Shown in pieces: positions 1 to 12,695 of a stretch of 64,000 nt of DNA; position 1 is the stretch's first letter, and every line of letters begins with the position of its first letter. Source of the stretch: Octopus sinensis (Eukaryota); NCBI RefSeq assembly GCF_006345805.1, contig NC_042999.1, positions 46,624,001 to 46,688,000 on the forward strand. The letters run 5' to 3'. The position numbers were made by a program, and so were the translations under genes. Below the pieces are notes generated by a model. That model worked only from the letters and a program-made list of their open reading frames with translations. It was not told the DNA's origin and did not search any database.

Positions 1-35
1 CAGGAAAGAAGAAATCTGGAAGGCACCGAAGAACC

Positions 36-104
36 TGTAAATTCTACCAGCGGGGCAAATGTTGGCAAGGGGAGGACGGCAAGAACTGCCGGTTCGCTCA
101 CCCG
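36..104 (+). pseudogene. CCCH zinc finger, remnant of LINE ORF1
   Basis: Manual translation gives CKFYQRGKCWQGEDGKNCRFAHP (C-x7-C-x8-C-x3-H) just upstream of the APE domain. Confidence 0.75.
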
Positions 105-1792
105 ACACCTCGGCAGAACTTCAGGGGACTCAAAGAGAAGAGCTTTACTGAGGGAAGACAAGAAATGCCTTCCAGGAAAACAATCAGAAAAGAAGTGTGC
201 TCCGCAGGTGTTCTGCGCAACGCAGTAGCTTAGCAACAGTCTTTTTTGTACATGGCGCAAAGGATTGTCAAGCAGCTAACCTAGCTGCACAAGGCACAGA
301 GAAGGAACCCTGCCCACCACTATGTAAGACCACCACAGTCAACAGACACGGGATTGCCTCCCCTAACGCCTGCACAGCCGTCACCCCAATACGTTTACTA
401 AATATTGGGGGCCTGTTGCATCAAAATAGAAACAAAATTTCTTTCCTCAGAGATCTTACTGCATGCCATCAAGCCCTATGCATAGCACTCGTGGAAACTC
501 ACCTCAGCCCTGATATAAAGGACGCAGAAGTACACATACCAAACTATGCCATACTGCGAACAGACAGAAGGGAAAGGAGCCATGATGGAGTTGCTGTATA
601 CATCCGAGATGACCTCACACCCCAGGTCTTAAAGACATAAACAAATTCGGTATGTGACACTTCAATTGTATACATAAGACAATATAATATAGTCATATGC
701 AATACATATTGCCCACCGGATGCTCCAAATCACATAGGCAAGTTTGAAGATTGCCTCACAAGAATTAAAGAAATCCTCATGAATCTGGAATACCACGTGA
801 CCATATATCTTATGGGTGATTTCAACTTCCCCAACGTCAAATGGCCCGAAGGCCTCATACTCTCAGGAATGAATCATTGCAAGCAAGTACAGGTGGAGTC
901 CCTGCTCAACCTCACCAATGCCTTATTCATGGAGCAAGTTGTACTCAAACCAACTAGGGCGAATAACATTCTGGATCTCTGCTTCACGAAGAATATGGAC
1001 ATCATTCATGATGTGAAAGTGACACCGACATCAGCTTCGGATCACAACATAATAGAGCTGCCTATGTTTGGGCCGAAAGTAACTAGAGACATACAGCCTA
1101 AAGGAAGCACCCGAAATCTCTCCAATCTGAACTTCCACAGAGCAGATTGGAAATCGATCCAAAAAGAGATCCTCTGAGAGGACTGGCCGGAATGTCTCTC
1201 CACACCAGACATTGACATGAAACTAGAATGTTTCATGTCTTCTGTGCAAGCCGTATGACAGAAATATGTCCCAGAGCACAAGGCCAAAACAAATAGGAGC
1301 AAGATTCCAAGAGACAGGAAGATCCTCATGAGACGACGGACGAAGGTTGCAAATCGTCTCAACCAACATCCCAAAAGTAGCGAGCGTCCCGCCTAAAAAC
1401 AACACTGATGGAGATCGAAAAAAGGCTGCAACAATCCTATGTGAGAGAGAAAGCAGACAAAGAAGCCTGGGTTATAAAAAACATTAAATCAAACCCAAAG
1501 GCCTTCTTTCATTACGCGAAAGAAACAGTCTCAGTACATTACAAGATAGGACCCCTCCTGCAAAAGGGTGGCTCCCTCACAGACACTCCAACCAAGATCA
1601 GTGAGATGCTGAATGACCAGTTCAAAAGTGTCTTTACCACCCCGTTGGAACACAGTCACGTGAACGAACCAGCGGACTTTTTTGCCGCCTCACCTATAAC
1701 CAGCGAGGCGGTTACAATAGAATGTATTGACATTAGCGAAGAAGATGTCCTACTAGCCATAGATGAAGTGGACACTTAACTACATTATATTT

Positions 1793-1833
1793 TGCTTGTT
1801 TCAGTCATTGGACAGCGCTCATTCTGGAGCACC
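1793..1833 (-). mobile_element. 3' tail fragment of SINE family A inserted antisense in the LINE
   Basis: cttgtttcagtcattggacagcgctcattctggagcacc resembles the reverse complement of the SINE A tail. It sits where the GPDG motif is expected, between IDEVDT and FLAILLK. Confidence 0.65.
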
Positions 1834-3517
1834 ACACTATACTTATTTTTCCTAGCAATCCTCCTCAAAGCGTGTAAGCATGCTCTGGCAAAACCCCTCA
1901 AGATTCTCTTCCCGAGCATTCTTACAAATGGCAAACTGCCAAGCAAGCTGAAGGAGGGAATAATATGCCCAATACATAAAGTAGAGCAGATGCCAAAAAC
2001 TATAGGCCTATCTCTCTGACTTCACACATCAACAAAGTCATGGAACGGATAGTCAGAAAGAAGCTAATCGCATTCCTTGAGGAAAATAACTTGCTGAGTG
2101 ATACCCAGCATGGTTTTCGACCAGGTAGGAGTTGCCTGACACAGCTCTTACAAAATTATGACTGGGTGTTTAGGCAGTTACTCAACAAATCAAATGTGGA
2201 CGTAAGCTTTTGTCAAGGTGGATCATGGTATGATATGCCACAAACTGCGTGACCTCGGCATAGCTGGAAAACTTGGAGTGTGGTTACATGACTTCCTGAA
2301 AGATAGGAGTCAGGCAGTAGTGGTTAATGGAGCCACCTCTATGAACACACAAATAGTGAGCGGTGTTCCACAGGCCACCGTCTTGGGACCACTGCTTTTT
2401 ATAGTGGCCTTCTCAGATATGCCCTCAAACGCCCGGATAGCAACTCTGGCAAGCTATGCAGACGATACGAAAGTCTCGCAGAAAATACAGAACCCCAGCG
2501 ATGTTGCACGTCTGCAGCAGGAGTTGGACTCAATCTACAGATGGGTTGAGGATAATAATATGCAGTTTAATGCTGAAAAATTCCAGGCCCTGCGCTATCA
2601 GTATCCAAAACTGACTATTAAACTTACAGAATACACCGGTCCACAGGGAATTTCAGTCCCAGAGCCTAAGTCTGTGAGGGACCTGGGTATCGACATGAGT
2701 GATGATACCTCTTTCCAAGCGCACATTACCCGGATACCGACAAAGTGCAGACGACTAGCTGGGTGGATCCTAAGAACATTCAGAACCAGAGATAAGGAAA
2801 CCATGATGGTCCTCTGGCGGACATTCGTCCTCAGCCGCCTGGATTACTGCTCACAGCTATGGTCACCCACCAGTGTAAAATTAACAGCGAACCTTGAAGC
2901 AATCCAGAGAAGATTCACAAAGAAGATCGTCACTTTGCAACAGTTCAGCTCCTGGGAAAGGTTGAAATAGCTAAGACTCTACTCCCTGGAGAGAAGACGG
3001 AGGGGTATGCAGTAATATATGTCTGGAATATCCTGGAAGGAATTGTGCCAAATTTTGGCATTGTAAGCTACACCAATGCTAGAACGGGACGACACTGCAT
3101 AGTGCCAAAGATCCCAGCAATGCCAACGCGCTTCAGGACCAGCTACTGCAACAGCCTGTGTTTCAAGGGCCCACAGATTTTTAATATTCTCCCAAAGAGT
3201 CTGAGGAACTTGCACAAAGTAGATGTAGCGGTTCTTAAATCAAAGCTGGACATCTTCCTGTCGAGAGTCCTAGGTGAACCTACCTCACGTCAAGAGGTGC
3301 AGATGAGAATAGCTATATCAAAGTCCATTCTTCACCAAGTGCCACATATTAGAGGAGGCTCTTCGTAATAACAGTGTAGCACAAAACGGCGGTGCATCAG
3401 CATGGCCGCAGCTCTGAGCTGAAACAAGAAAAAAAGCATATATATATACATACATACATATATATATACACACACATGTATATATATATATATTATATAA
3501 TATATATATATATATCT

Positions 3518-3580
3518 CAGTGGGACTGAACCCGCAACCATGTGGTTGGTTAGCAAGCTACTTACCACACAGCCACTCCT
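3518..3580 (-). mobile_element. SINE family A, tRNA-like head fragment
   Basis: Reverse complement of ggagtggctgtgtggtaagtagcttg...ggttcagtcccactg, the same as the head at 40558. Confidence 0.85.
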
Positions 3581-3621
3581 ATATATATATATATATATAC
3601 TATATATATATTATATATATG

Positions 3622-3653
<32 letters not shown>

Positions 3654-3661
3654 ATATATAT

Positions 3662-4274
3662 ACTTACTTCGTTCATTCCACTCTTCATTAATTCGTTCCC
3701 CCGGTCTCATATTTCTTGGCCTTCTCTTCATGCTCACTTTCCCCCTCTTTCCTTCACTGTGTCCACTGTTATTATTTTTCTCGCCCCTCCTTAATTCTTC
3801 TATCTCTCAGCATCTACCTCTCTCTCTCTTCTCTCCCCACGTGACCGGTGTTTGGCCAAGCCTGACATTATTTCTTGGTTCGACCACCATCCTGCAACAT
3901 TATATTCTTCACTGTGCCTGTCAAATAATTTGTCCCTGCCGTTAGGATTTACTGCCACACACAACAGCTTAATTTAATTCGCCCTTAGTCGAAAGACACC
4001 TGTTTTATGCCATGCTATTGCATGTGTATTTGTGTAAAATTTCTCCGTTTTTTCCGTCCTTGTTTTCGTATATATTCGCTGCTTTCTTCTAAGGAATCTA
4101 ATGCTCTTAGCTTAGTTTTTCCTGGGGCTGGCCAGATTGGAGCAATCTTGAGTATAACCAGCCGAAATTGCAAAGATATCTGGAACTCGACTGAGAAAGA
4201 AAACTCCGAATGACCCGTCCTTGTTTTTCTTTGTATCGTCTGTCTGGATGTTTTGTATTATTGTCCCATTTTTG

Positions 4275-4277
<3 letters not shown>
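3662..4277 (+). mobile_element. Probable Penelope-like 3' end/pLTR remnant between (TA)n tracts
   Basis: Pyrimidine-rich block bounded by (TA)n, with the same layout as hammerhead-bearing blocks nearby. No clean motif was found. Confidence 0.3.
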
Positions 4278-4332
<55 letters not shown>

Positions 4333-4348
4333 AGTGAGAGAAAGAGTG

Positions 4349-4417
<69 letters not shown>

Positions 4418-4474
4418 ATCTATCTATCTATCTATCTATGTATCTCTCTCTCTCTCCTCCCTCTCTCTCTCTCT

Positions 4475-5027
4475 ACATGAGTGATGATACCATCTTCTTT
4501 CCAAGCGCACATTACCCGGATACCGACAAAGTGCAGACGACTAGCTGGGTGGATCCTAAGAACATTCAGAACCAGAGATAAGGAAACCATGATGGTCCTC
4601 TGGCGGACATTCGTCCTCAGCCGCCTGGATTACTGCTCACAGCTATGATCACCCACCAGTGTAAAATTAACAGCGAACCTTGAAGCAATCCAGAGAAGAT
4701 TCACAAAGAAGATCGTCACTTTGCAACAGTTCAGCTCCTGGGAAAGGTTGAAACAGCTAAGACTCTACTCCCTGGAGAGAAGACGGAGGGGTATGCAGTA
4801 ATATATGTCTGGAATATCCTGGAAGGAATTGTGCCAAATTTTGGCATTGTAAGCTACACCAATGCTAGAACGGGACGACACTGCATAGTGCCAAAGATCC
4901 CAGCAATGCCAACGCGCTTCAGGACCAGCTACTGCAACAGCCTGTGTTTCAAGGGCCCACAGATTTTTAATATTCTCCCAAAGAGTCTGAGGAACTTGCA
5001 CAAAGTAGATGTAGCGGTTCTTAAATC
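4475..5027 (+). repeat. Near-identical duplicate of LINE segment 2693-3241
   Basis: Direct repeat of about 550 bp. The antisense ORFs at 2979-3215 and 4765-5001 are identical. It is embedded in (TCTA)n/(CT)n. Confidence 0.95.
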
Positions 5028-5072
5028 TATCTATCTATGTATCTCTCTCTCTCTCTACATGAGTGATGATAC

Positions 5073-5127
<55 letters not shown>

Positions 5128-5165
5128 AAAAAGGAGATGTGGAACACGAGTTGTGATATATAAAA

Positions 5166-5436
5166 AAGGAAATGAAGAAAATGCTGACAAAATAATTTAA
5201 GTAATTTAAGTAATTTAATTAGGTGGAAAGTTCTTTTTACCGGTTGCGCATTTGTTATGCTTATCAAAAGATTAGAGTTCCTTTCTGATAGATTTTTCCT
5301 CTTATCTGATAGAGGAAAAAATCTATCAGAAAGGAACTCTAATCTTTTGATAAGCATAACAAATGCGCAACCGGTAAAAAGAACTTTCACCTAATTAAAT
5401 TATTAAATTATTTTGTCAGCATTTTCTTCATTTCCT

Positions 5437-5437
<1 letters not shown>
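5166..5437. repeat. About 270-bp near-perfect palindrome (foldback), probably head-to-head PLE pLTRs
   Basis: The arms are reverse complements about a centre near 5307, (TA)n lies on both sides, and each arm has a hammerhead-like motif. Confidence 0.9.
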
Positions 5438-5476
<39 letters not shown>

Positions 5477-5788
5477 TATATATTATATATATACATATAT
5501 AGATAGATAGATAGACAGACAGATAAGTAAAGATATATCTTTTATTAATATTTTCTTTTTCAGTCACCAATCTCTATCCAGGCTTATATACCGTTTCAAT
5601 AATTTTAATCAAACAAATCGACTCTAGTGCTTTTGCTTTCTTAAGCCTGGCACTTATTCTATCCGGCATTTTTTTCCTGAAACACTGTTGTAAAGCGGTG
5701 GATGCGGAGAAACAGACACAAAAACAAACATGCACACTTACATACAGGTGCACACTCACGCACGCGCTGAGACGCACACACACACACC

Positions 5789-5836
<48 letters not shown>

Positions 5837-5912
5837 CAAAATGTGACCTCGTGTGTACCGTTGGCGATTTTTTTCCTCTGTCTTCCCTTCTCTGGATCTT
5901 TCCTTCTCCTAT

Positions 5913-5947
5913 GTTTCCGACGAAGAGCTCCGCTCGAAACGTTAAAC
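5913..5947 (+). ncRNA. Minimal type I hammerhead ribozyme motif (U4C variant) in a PLE pLTR fragment (about 5835-6050)
   Basis: gttt-CCGACGA-a-gagc-tcc-gctc-GAAA-c-GTT-aaac: stems I and II pair, and stem III is the palindromic ACGU. Confidence 0.7.
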
Positions 5948-6047
5948 CCTCCTTCTTTCCTGAGCGTCCAATAACACTATATTTGTTCCACGTCCTCGCG
6001 TTGTTGTGCTTTTTTGTGTTTTTTTTTGTGTTTTCTTGTTTGGATTA

Positions 6048-6094
<47 letters not shown>

Positions 6095-6095
6095 T

Positions 6096-6275
<180 letters not shown>

Positions 6276-6281
6276 ATCTAT

Positions 6282-6312
<31 letters not shown>

Positions 6313-6326
6313 CCACTATCTCTCTC

Positions 6327-6393
<67 letters not shown>

Positions 6394-8479
6394 ATATTAG
6401 TCGTCGAAAAGATCATGTGTTCTATCCGAATATGTTGCATGTTAAGAAGTCTTTTACATAGTTTTATATAACCCCAAAACTTATGAATGAATTTGAAAAG
6501 ACATAAATACTATGAATGCATATTGTATGGATTGAAAGTACAATTTCAGTGTCCAGTACTGTTGCACTGTGTCACGTTGATATTGCCTAAGAAATACGGT
6601 GAGCTGTCAAAGATAACGATGTCTGTGAAACGTTCAGCTACTTATGCGCCAAATCAAAGATCAAGCTACTTCATTTCGTCAAAATTCTGCAATGTTCTTC
6701 GTCGAAACCGACAAAGATCCATTTCTTTTTTTGTGTATTTATGAATGCTAAGAAGTTTGAAAGAGTTTTTGCAATATCTTCGTTTATATGTAAACATTCA
6801 TTCCAAATCGAAAAACGAAACTAGTATTTTCCTGATAAGTTTTCGAGATATCCTGCTCAAATCTTATTAAAATTATACACCAATTATATTTTCATTCCGA
6901 ATTTATGCATTTAAATTTAGGTGAGAAATCCAATAATTTACATGCATGTTTTATCTTCTTGGTGGGATTAGCTTGCTAAAAAGCGTCGAAGAGCAATTTA
7001 TTTTAGATTAGTATTCAGCTGAAAGATATGCCTATCAATATCAGATAACAATATGCCATCAGAAGCAGCAGACTGACTGGATTTGACATATCATTTTACA
7101 GTTTCTATTAATGACTATTTAAAGAAGATTGTCCGCCGTGGCTGCTATAATGCTTCGTATGTTGAAATAGATATCATTTCCATGAACACATACACACAAG
7201 TGTACATAAAGTAGGCAAAGAAAGAGAGAAAGAAAACGATAAACAGACCTTTGGGAACCGTTATTGTGTTGTATACCGTTTGCATTAGAATTCAACAAAA
7301 GGATTTCTGTAATTGCATATCATAATAAACATCTATTGGAAGTGATTCCGTGTAAATATGACAAAACAAATGTTTAACTTTTTGCTTCTTTGATTTATGT
7401 TGTATTTGTTATTTAATGATGGCAAAAGAAGATGTCAAATAGACAGATGCAAATATAGTTTGAATATCCAAAACACGGCCACGCAAGCATGCAAATAGAG
7501 GGATATAAATTATAGAAACGACAGAGAAAATGCGTCGTATGCTTGAAGCTATTTTGTTCTCTGCATATATAGTTTTCTGCTCTCACGTGGAAAACAACTT
7601 CTGATTTATTTCTGCTCGAACTGGATGACTTTATTGTTCTCTATCCAAGAAAGAATACAAATTAGAAATATAAATGAATCACTGATAAAATTTGGGTGAA
7701 CGGCAAAATTAGATACCTTACATAACTCGTTTGATACTGGACTGTTTTAGGTTCAACAAACAGCATATCATATCTTGTTTTACCTCCTGCAATTATGGAC
7801 TAGCAACATTCGTTATATTTCTCAACGCGTTATGAACTGTACCTATAAAGGAAACGAAATATGGCCTAGAATAATGATTATGAACAGAAAACTTACATTC
7901 ACACGTATTTTGAATAAATTAACTGATCTGAGTTCAAAGTTTTCGGAGTCGATATTGTATTTCATATATCCAATCGTAAGCAAATCACCACGTAATGCAG
8001 TGTTTATGTTATTTGATTATACCCTGCCTTCATGAATTTTCCATATACATAGACAATGATTTCTTTATTGACTTCAGTACTATTCCTTGTGTGTTCATTG
8101 CTTATTAGGCGAAACGCATATATGAGTAATCTTGTATTCTAATTAGGAAATATAATTAGGCTGCAAAAGAAAACCTGGATTATGAAATATAAATCGAATT
8201 AAAAAGGAAGCAAATATAGCTGCAATGAAATCACAATATCTTTATTATTTCTTCCTTACCCAACGCCATATAATTCGAACAAACAAGGAAGCCTATACCT
8301 AGCCTCTTGTCCTGCTAAAAATAGCAGCTATATGTTGCTCTATATACTTTAAAAGGGAGGACGCATCAGATAATCTAGTCCTAGTTACAAATAGCAGACG
8401 GAATGCCTTTAATAACAGTTCTAGATAATTAGACATGATCCTGAGATGAACAACACATATAGTTTTAAAGGCCTTTAGT

Positions 8480-10760
8480 AAAAATCTTCCATTTCACTAC
8501 GTTTTAGCTTAGAACTGAGGTGGGTTTATATTTGGAAGAAGACCAATTCGCCTGTTTATGATATAACAAATCTGACATAATGTGTTGTCACTTAGTTCTT
8601 GACATATGTCTGGACATTCGAGACTGATCGAATATAGTTCGTTGCGACGTTCAATAAGTCAGTTTTCCTTCTCCAGTAAGTGATGCGTATTTAAGAAATC
8701 ATTGTCGCTTCGTACTAATATGTCAGAGGGATGTGCTGGTATTATTGAGGTTGTTGTTGTTTGTGTTGTCGACATAGCTGTTGTATAACCAGAAGTTATA
8801 TCTGTACCAAAAGATATTTAATCAAAGGAATTTAATCGGTGTGGCCTTGGCCTTGACTATAATAACAAAAACAAACATATAAAACTAAAGAACACCTTTT
8901 TTTTTCCAATACGATGCTCTGAAGTTAAGTTTAATTGGTTTAGAAATTCAATTATTCATTGCATGACTTCATTATATACAAGTTTGAAAATAAAATGAAT
9001 AGACGTGTCCTGTTTCTTCAAACATACTTTCGTTCTCGGTAATAGATACCAAACTATTTTCCTGAGCAAAAAGAAAATGTAACGTGAATTAATCAGTTTA
9101 ACTTAGCAATCAATTAAAATAATAGTTTCTTTTGACTAAGCAGAAGAAAAATAAAAATCGTTTTTCAGAAGTAGAAATTGGTTGTTGTGACGTCAAGGAT
9201 CCCCAAGGGCATTAGGGAAGTCAAATAGTTAGGTTTCGAATCGGGATGAAAAGTAAGTTGGATTCTTGACTTGCAGAGACGTTATCGTTTGTCCTACTTC
9301 TCATCAAATAATAGTTACTGTTTATGGAGGTAATAGTGGCAATGTTCTGCTTAACGAAAACACTGACAGAGCAGACTGATGTATGATAACGGGCCATCTA
9401 TCAGTGGCCTTCGTATTGCTTTAAGTTAATCTAGCCCTACATTATCGAATTACAGAATTTAACTTTCATTTTCAAGGCGGTTTGGCCCCTCTTTCATCCA
9501 TGCCAGAGCACCACATAAGCGTTTCTCGTGGACTCAATAATTTTGTTAATGCGAGTACAATGCACACAGCATGGGCACAGTTAGTTACATCAACTTATGC
9601 CTCAAGTACTCCTTATTTTATCAATCTCTGAAGAAAGGAAACCCATATTACTATCGCTGGTATTTAAACATAAAGGCGTATGGCTTAATGTTCAGAGCGT
9701 CGAGTTTACATACCATCGTGAGATTCTGCGTTCAATTCTCGGACTGGGCTGTGTGTTGTGTTCTTGAGCAAGACACTTTATTTCAAATTACTAGTTCACT
9801 CAGATGCAGAAATGAGTTGCAATGTCATTGGTGTCAAGCTCTATTGGCAGTTATTTTCCCCTTGGATAACATCGGTGTTGTGAAGAGAGGAGACTGGTAT
9901 GCACGGGTAACTGCTGAACTTCCACTAGTAACATTTCCCAGACTTGTGCCTCAGAGAGAACATTCTAGCTGCAATCCCGTGGTCATTCCTCACCGAAGCA
10001 GGGAAGAGCTTAACCTTTTTATCTGAATATAAATAAATGCCAATAATTACCGAAACAGATATTGTCCTGAGTATAACATTTAACTGAATCCGGTCATGGG
10101 ACCTTGTTTGGGGTTTACCAGGGTTTTAAGGAAGTCGAACTACCTCTTAGTGTTCCTTGATGTTCTTTGACATGGAAAAGTAGCACCTATTAGTGTCCCA
10201 GCCATGGGATGAGCAACATGTCCTTTGGGGGTGTGTGTCACTGGATTTTTTCCGAAGGTCACTGACAGATATCCCCAAAAGACTCAAGGATGAGGAAGCC
10301 CATCAGCCCCTTAGCTGCTCATTTAGGAGAAGGTACTGAGTTTGTAGAACTTGTTGCACGCGAATGAATACAAGTTTAAAGGACGGAAGAGTAGGGATGG
10401 CTTTGCAAAAATCACGCAGAGAATAGTGAGAGAAATTTATTGGGCGTTTATAAATAGCTAAGGTGATTAAGAAAATTATCCATACAGAAAATCCGGAGGG
10501 GGATGGATATTTAAGACAAGCAAGTACGGTTATACTTGATCAATATCTGTCATCTCATGCGGCGTGGAGGATGCGGTGAACTTATTAATTTGTCTTTCCT
10601 TCAAGGCGTAGCCATCAGTAGAGCAATGGTAAATGCATTTGGAAACAGCCAAGGCATAGCAGGTTTGAGTGTTACTGACTCCGCAATACCGTTGAATAAC
10701 GGATGAAACATTTTCCGAACAATTTTCTAATAGTTTTCACCTTCACCTTTCATTTGAATA
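8480..10760 (-). mobile_element. Highly degraded Gypsy-like LTR retrotransposon internal region, interrupted by a SINE
   Basis: Faint motifs appear in gag-pol order on the minus strand: gag-like YAL..LKERQINKFTASS and DFL..FL, a CYF.H knuckle-like segment, RT C-terminal EYL(G), RNase H-like DTS, and integrase-like C..CQ..K and RF...IGLLP. All are frameshifted and no LTRs were seen. Confidence 0.4.
9672..10020 (+). mobile_element. tRNA-derived SINE family D (old)
   Basis: Head ggcgtatggcttaatg...gttcaattctc has A/B-box-like motifs, followed by tgtgttcttgagcaagacacttta, a central domain typical of metazoan SINEs. Confidence 0.7.
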
Positions 10761-10776
10761 TGAATTAATAATGGAA

Positions 10777-10980
10777 CTCAACTTTTGGCACAAGGTTAGC
10801 AAGTTACAAGAGGAGTGGGGGATAAGTCAATTACATCGATCTTAGTGCTCAACTGGTACGTATTTTATCGTTACTAAAAAGATGAAAGTCGAATTTGAGC
10901 TTAGAACATAAAGACGGACGAAATGCTGCAAACAAAGTATTTTGCCCGGCGAGCTAACGATTCTCTTAGCTGGCCGCCTT
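10777..10980 (-). mobile_element. SINE family B, degraded
   Basis: Reverse complement similar to 38010-38238 (ggcggcc..gaatcgttagc..tctaagctcaaattc..gtaccagttgagcact). Confidence 0.75.
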
Positions 10981-12591
10981 GAATATGAATTAATAATTAA
11001 AACCTTTGGGCATGAATGGAAAATGATTTTTGCAAAATTTAAAAGCAAATATCCTGAAACAATAAGACTCTCATCTCACGGTTCAATACCTTCTGAAACT
11101 TCCGTTTTATCAATTCCAAAGCATTTGTGTAGGATAGACTTTATTAAACTTTTTTCTTTTATGCTGCTTTTAGAAAATATATCTTTCTTATTCTAGATTT
11201 GGTGCTGATATCTTTTTCGAACTCCTGTATGATAAGTCATAGTATTCACCTTAGCAGAAATGAACTATATAGAAACTTATTCTGTGAGAACTGATATAGT
11301 TTCTTCCATAAATCTACGCAAAATATCTCACTTTAAAAGAAAGTACTCCATGTTAAGAAAGCATTTTGTCACATCATTTAAATACATTATACTCATCCCT
11401 TTGTAGCACTGCCCGTTCATATAATGTTATATAAAAAATCTTGATGGAAGGATGAGAAAAATGTTTCTTTTAAAATGTTTCGAGAAACCGCCCTAATTGC
11501 ATTGTTATCTAGCAAAAGCAGAATGCGAATTTTATAAAATTTCAAAAGTTAACCATGTCTTTTGCATAAAGTATATTCTTTTGAGAAATTATAAGAAAAA
11601 GAATTGTTAACCCAAGAAAGAATAAATAGGAATTACAGGATCAAAGAGAAAATATTTTAAAGTGACACTAACAATTGACAATAACTCACACACACAGACA
11701 CACACAGACACACACAAAACAAAATCTATTTACAATGCGTATTTTGGTTTAATTTAATAATGAAATCTCAAGAAATCAATAGTTATGATGTAGGACTTTT
11801 TTCTTGAAATGGCTAAGAATTGAATTCTTTTTCTAAACAGGTCTGATTGGAGAAAGAAACATTTGGACAGTCTTCTTCTTCATCAACCTTTCTCTTGTTT
11901 GTTGTCTAAAATACTTAAGCAAATTCACTAACATGAGAAAACTTCTGGCAAAATATAGATTAATGCCATTTAATCTCGCAATATATGCCGTATAAAAGGG
12001 ACGAACGTCACAAGTGCCACACGTTACATTTGACATAAAACAAAACATTTTTATGCATATATCTGTAAATAATATCAAAACAAATCGTGCGTGTTCAGCT
12101 TCCGCTGGTATTCACACCAATAAAATTGTTTCGATATTCAATAATAATGTTCTACAATATGTGTGAATAAAATTCTCAGACAAAATTTCCTTTCATTCAT
12201 CTGATATCGATGATATAAGAAGAATCCAGCACTAGAGTATTTCAATAGTTAAACATGTATTGAAAACAAATTCATTATCGTTTATAATAGAAGATATCGT
12301 ATACGAATACGTTTGTGTAAATAATGCGATGTCAGATAGAACGACTTGGTAATGAGTATATATGCATATTTCAAGAGTCATAGCTCTTTCACTAGTTCCA
12401 CTTTCAACTTATAAATGATCTTTGAATGCATTACTTAAATACCGACTAAGTTTAGCGTTGTTATAAAATAAGTAGACGACTTTACATATTAAATACATTT
12501 GTGGCAACTAGCACTTGCTAAGAAGGACACAGTATGTTGTTTTCCATATGCACATACGACCATTACGTAGTTTTCTATCTTCGATCGTATT

Positions 12592-12633
<42 letters not shown>

Positions 12634-12642
12634 TATATATAT

Positions 12643-12677
<35 letters not shown>

Positions 12678-12695
12678 ATATATATATGTATATAT

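Larger units (their letters stand above)
1..3437 (+). mobile_element. CR1/L2-group LINE, decayed (ORF1 3' end, APE endonuclease, RT, 3' UTR), cut by the window start
   Basis: APE motifs LVETHL, MGDFNFP and SDHNII; RT motifs QHGF, SGVPQATVLGPLLF and YADD; C-terminal SRLDYCSQLWSP..LEAIQRRFTK. ORF2 is split by stops and frameshifts over ORFs 197-640, 779-1177, 1408-1779, 2040-2252, 2218-2970 and 3045-3368. It ends in a stem-loop followed by a short A-rich tail. Confidence 0.93.
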
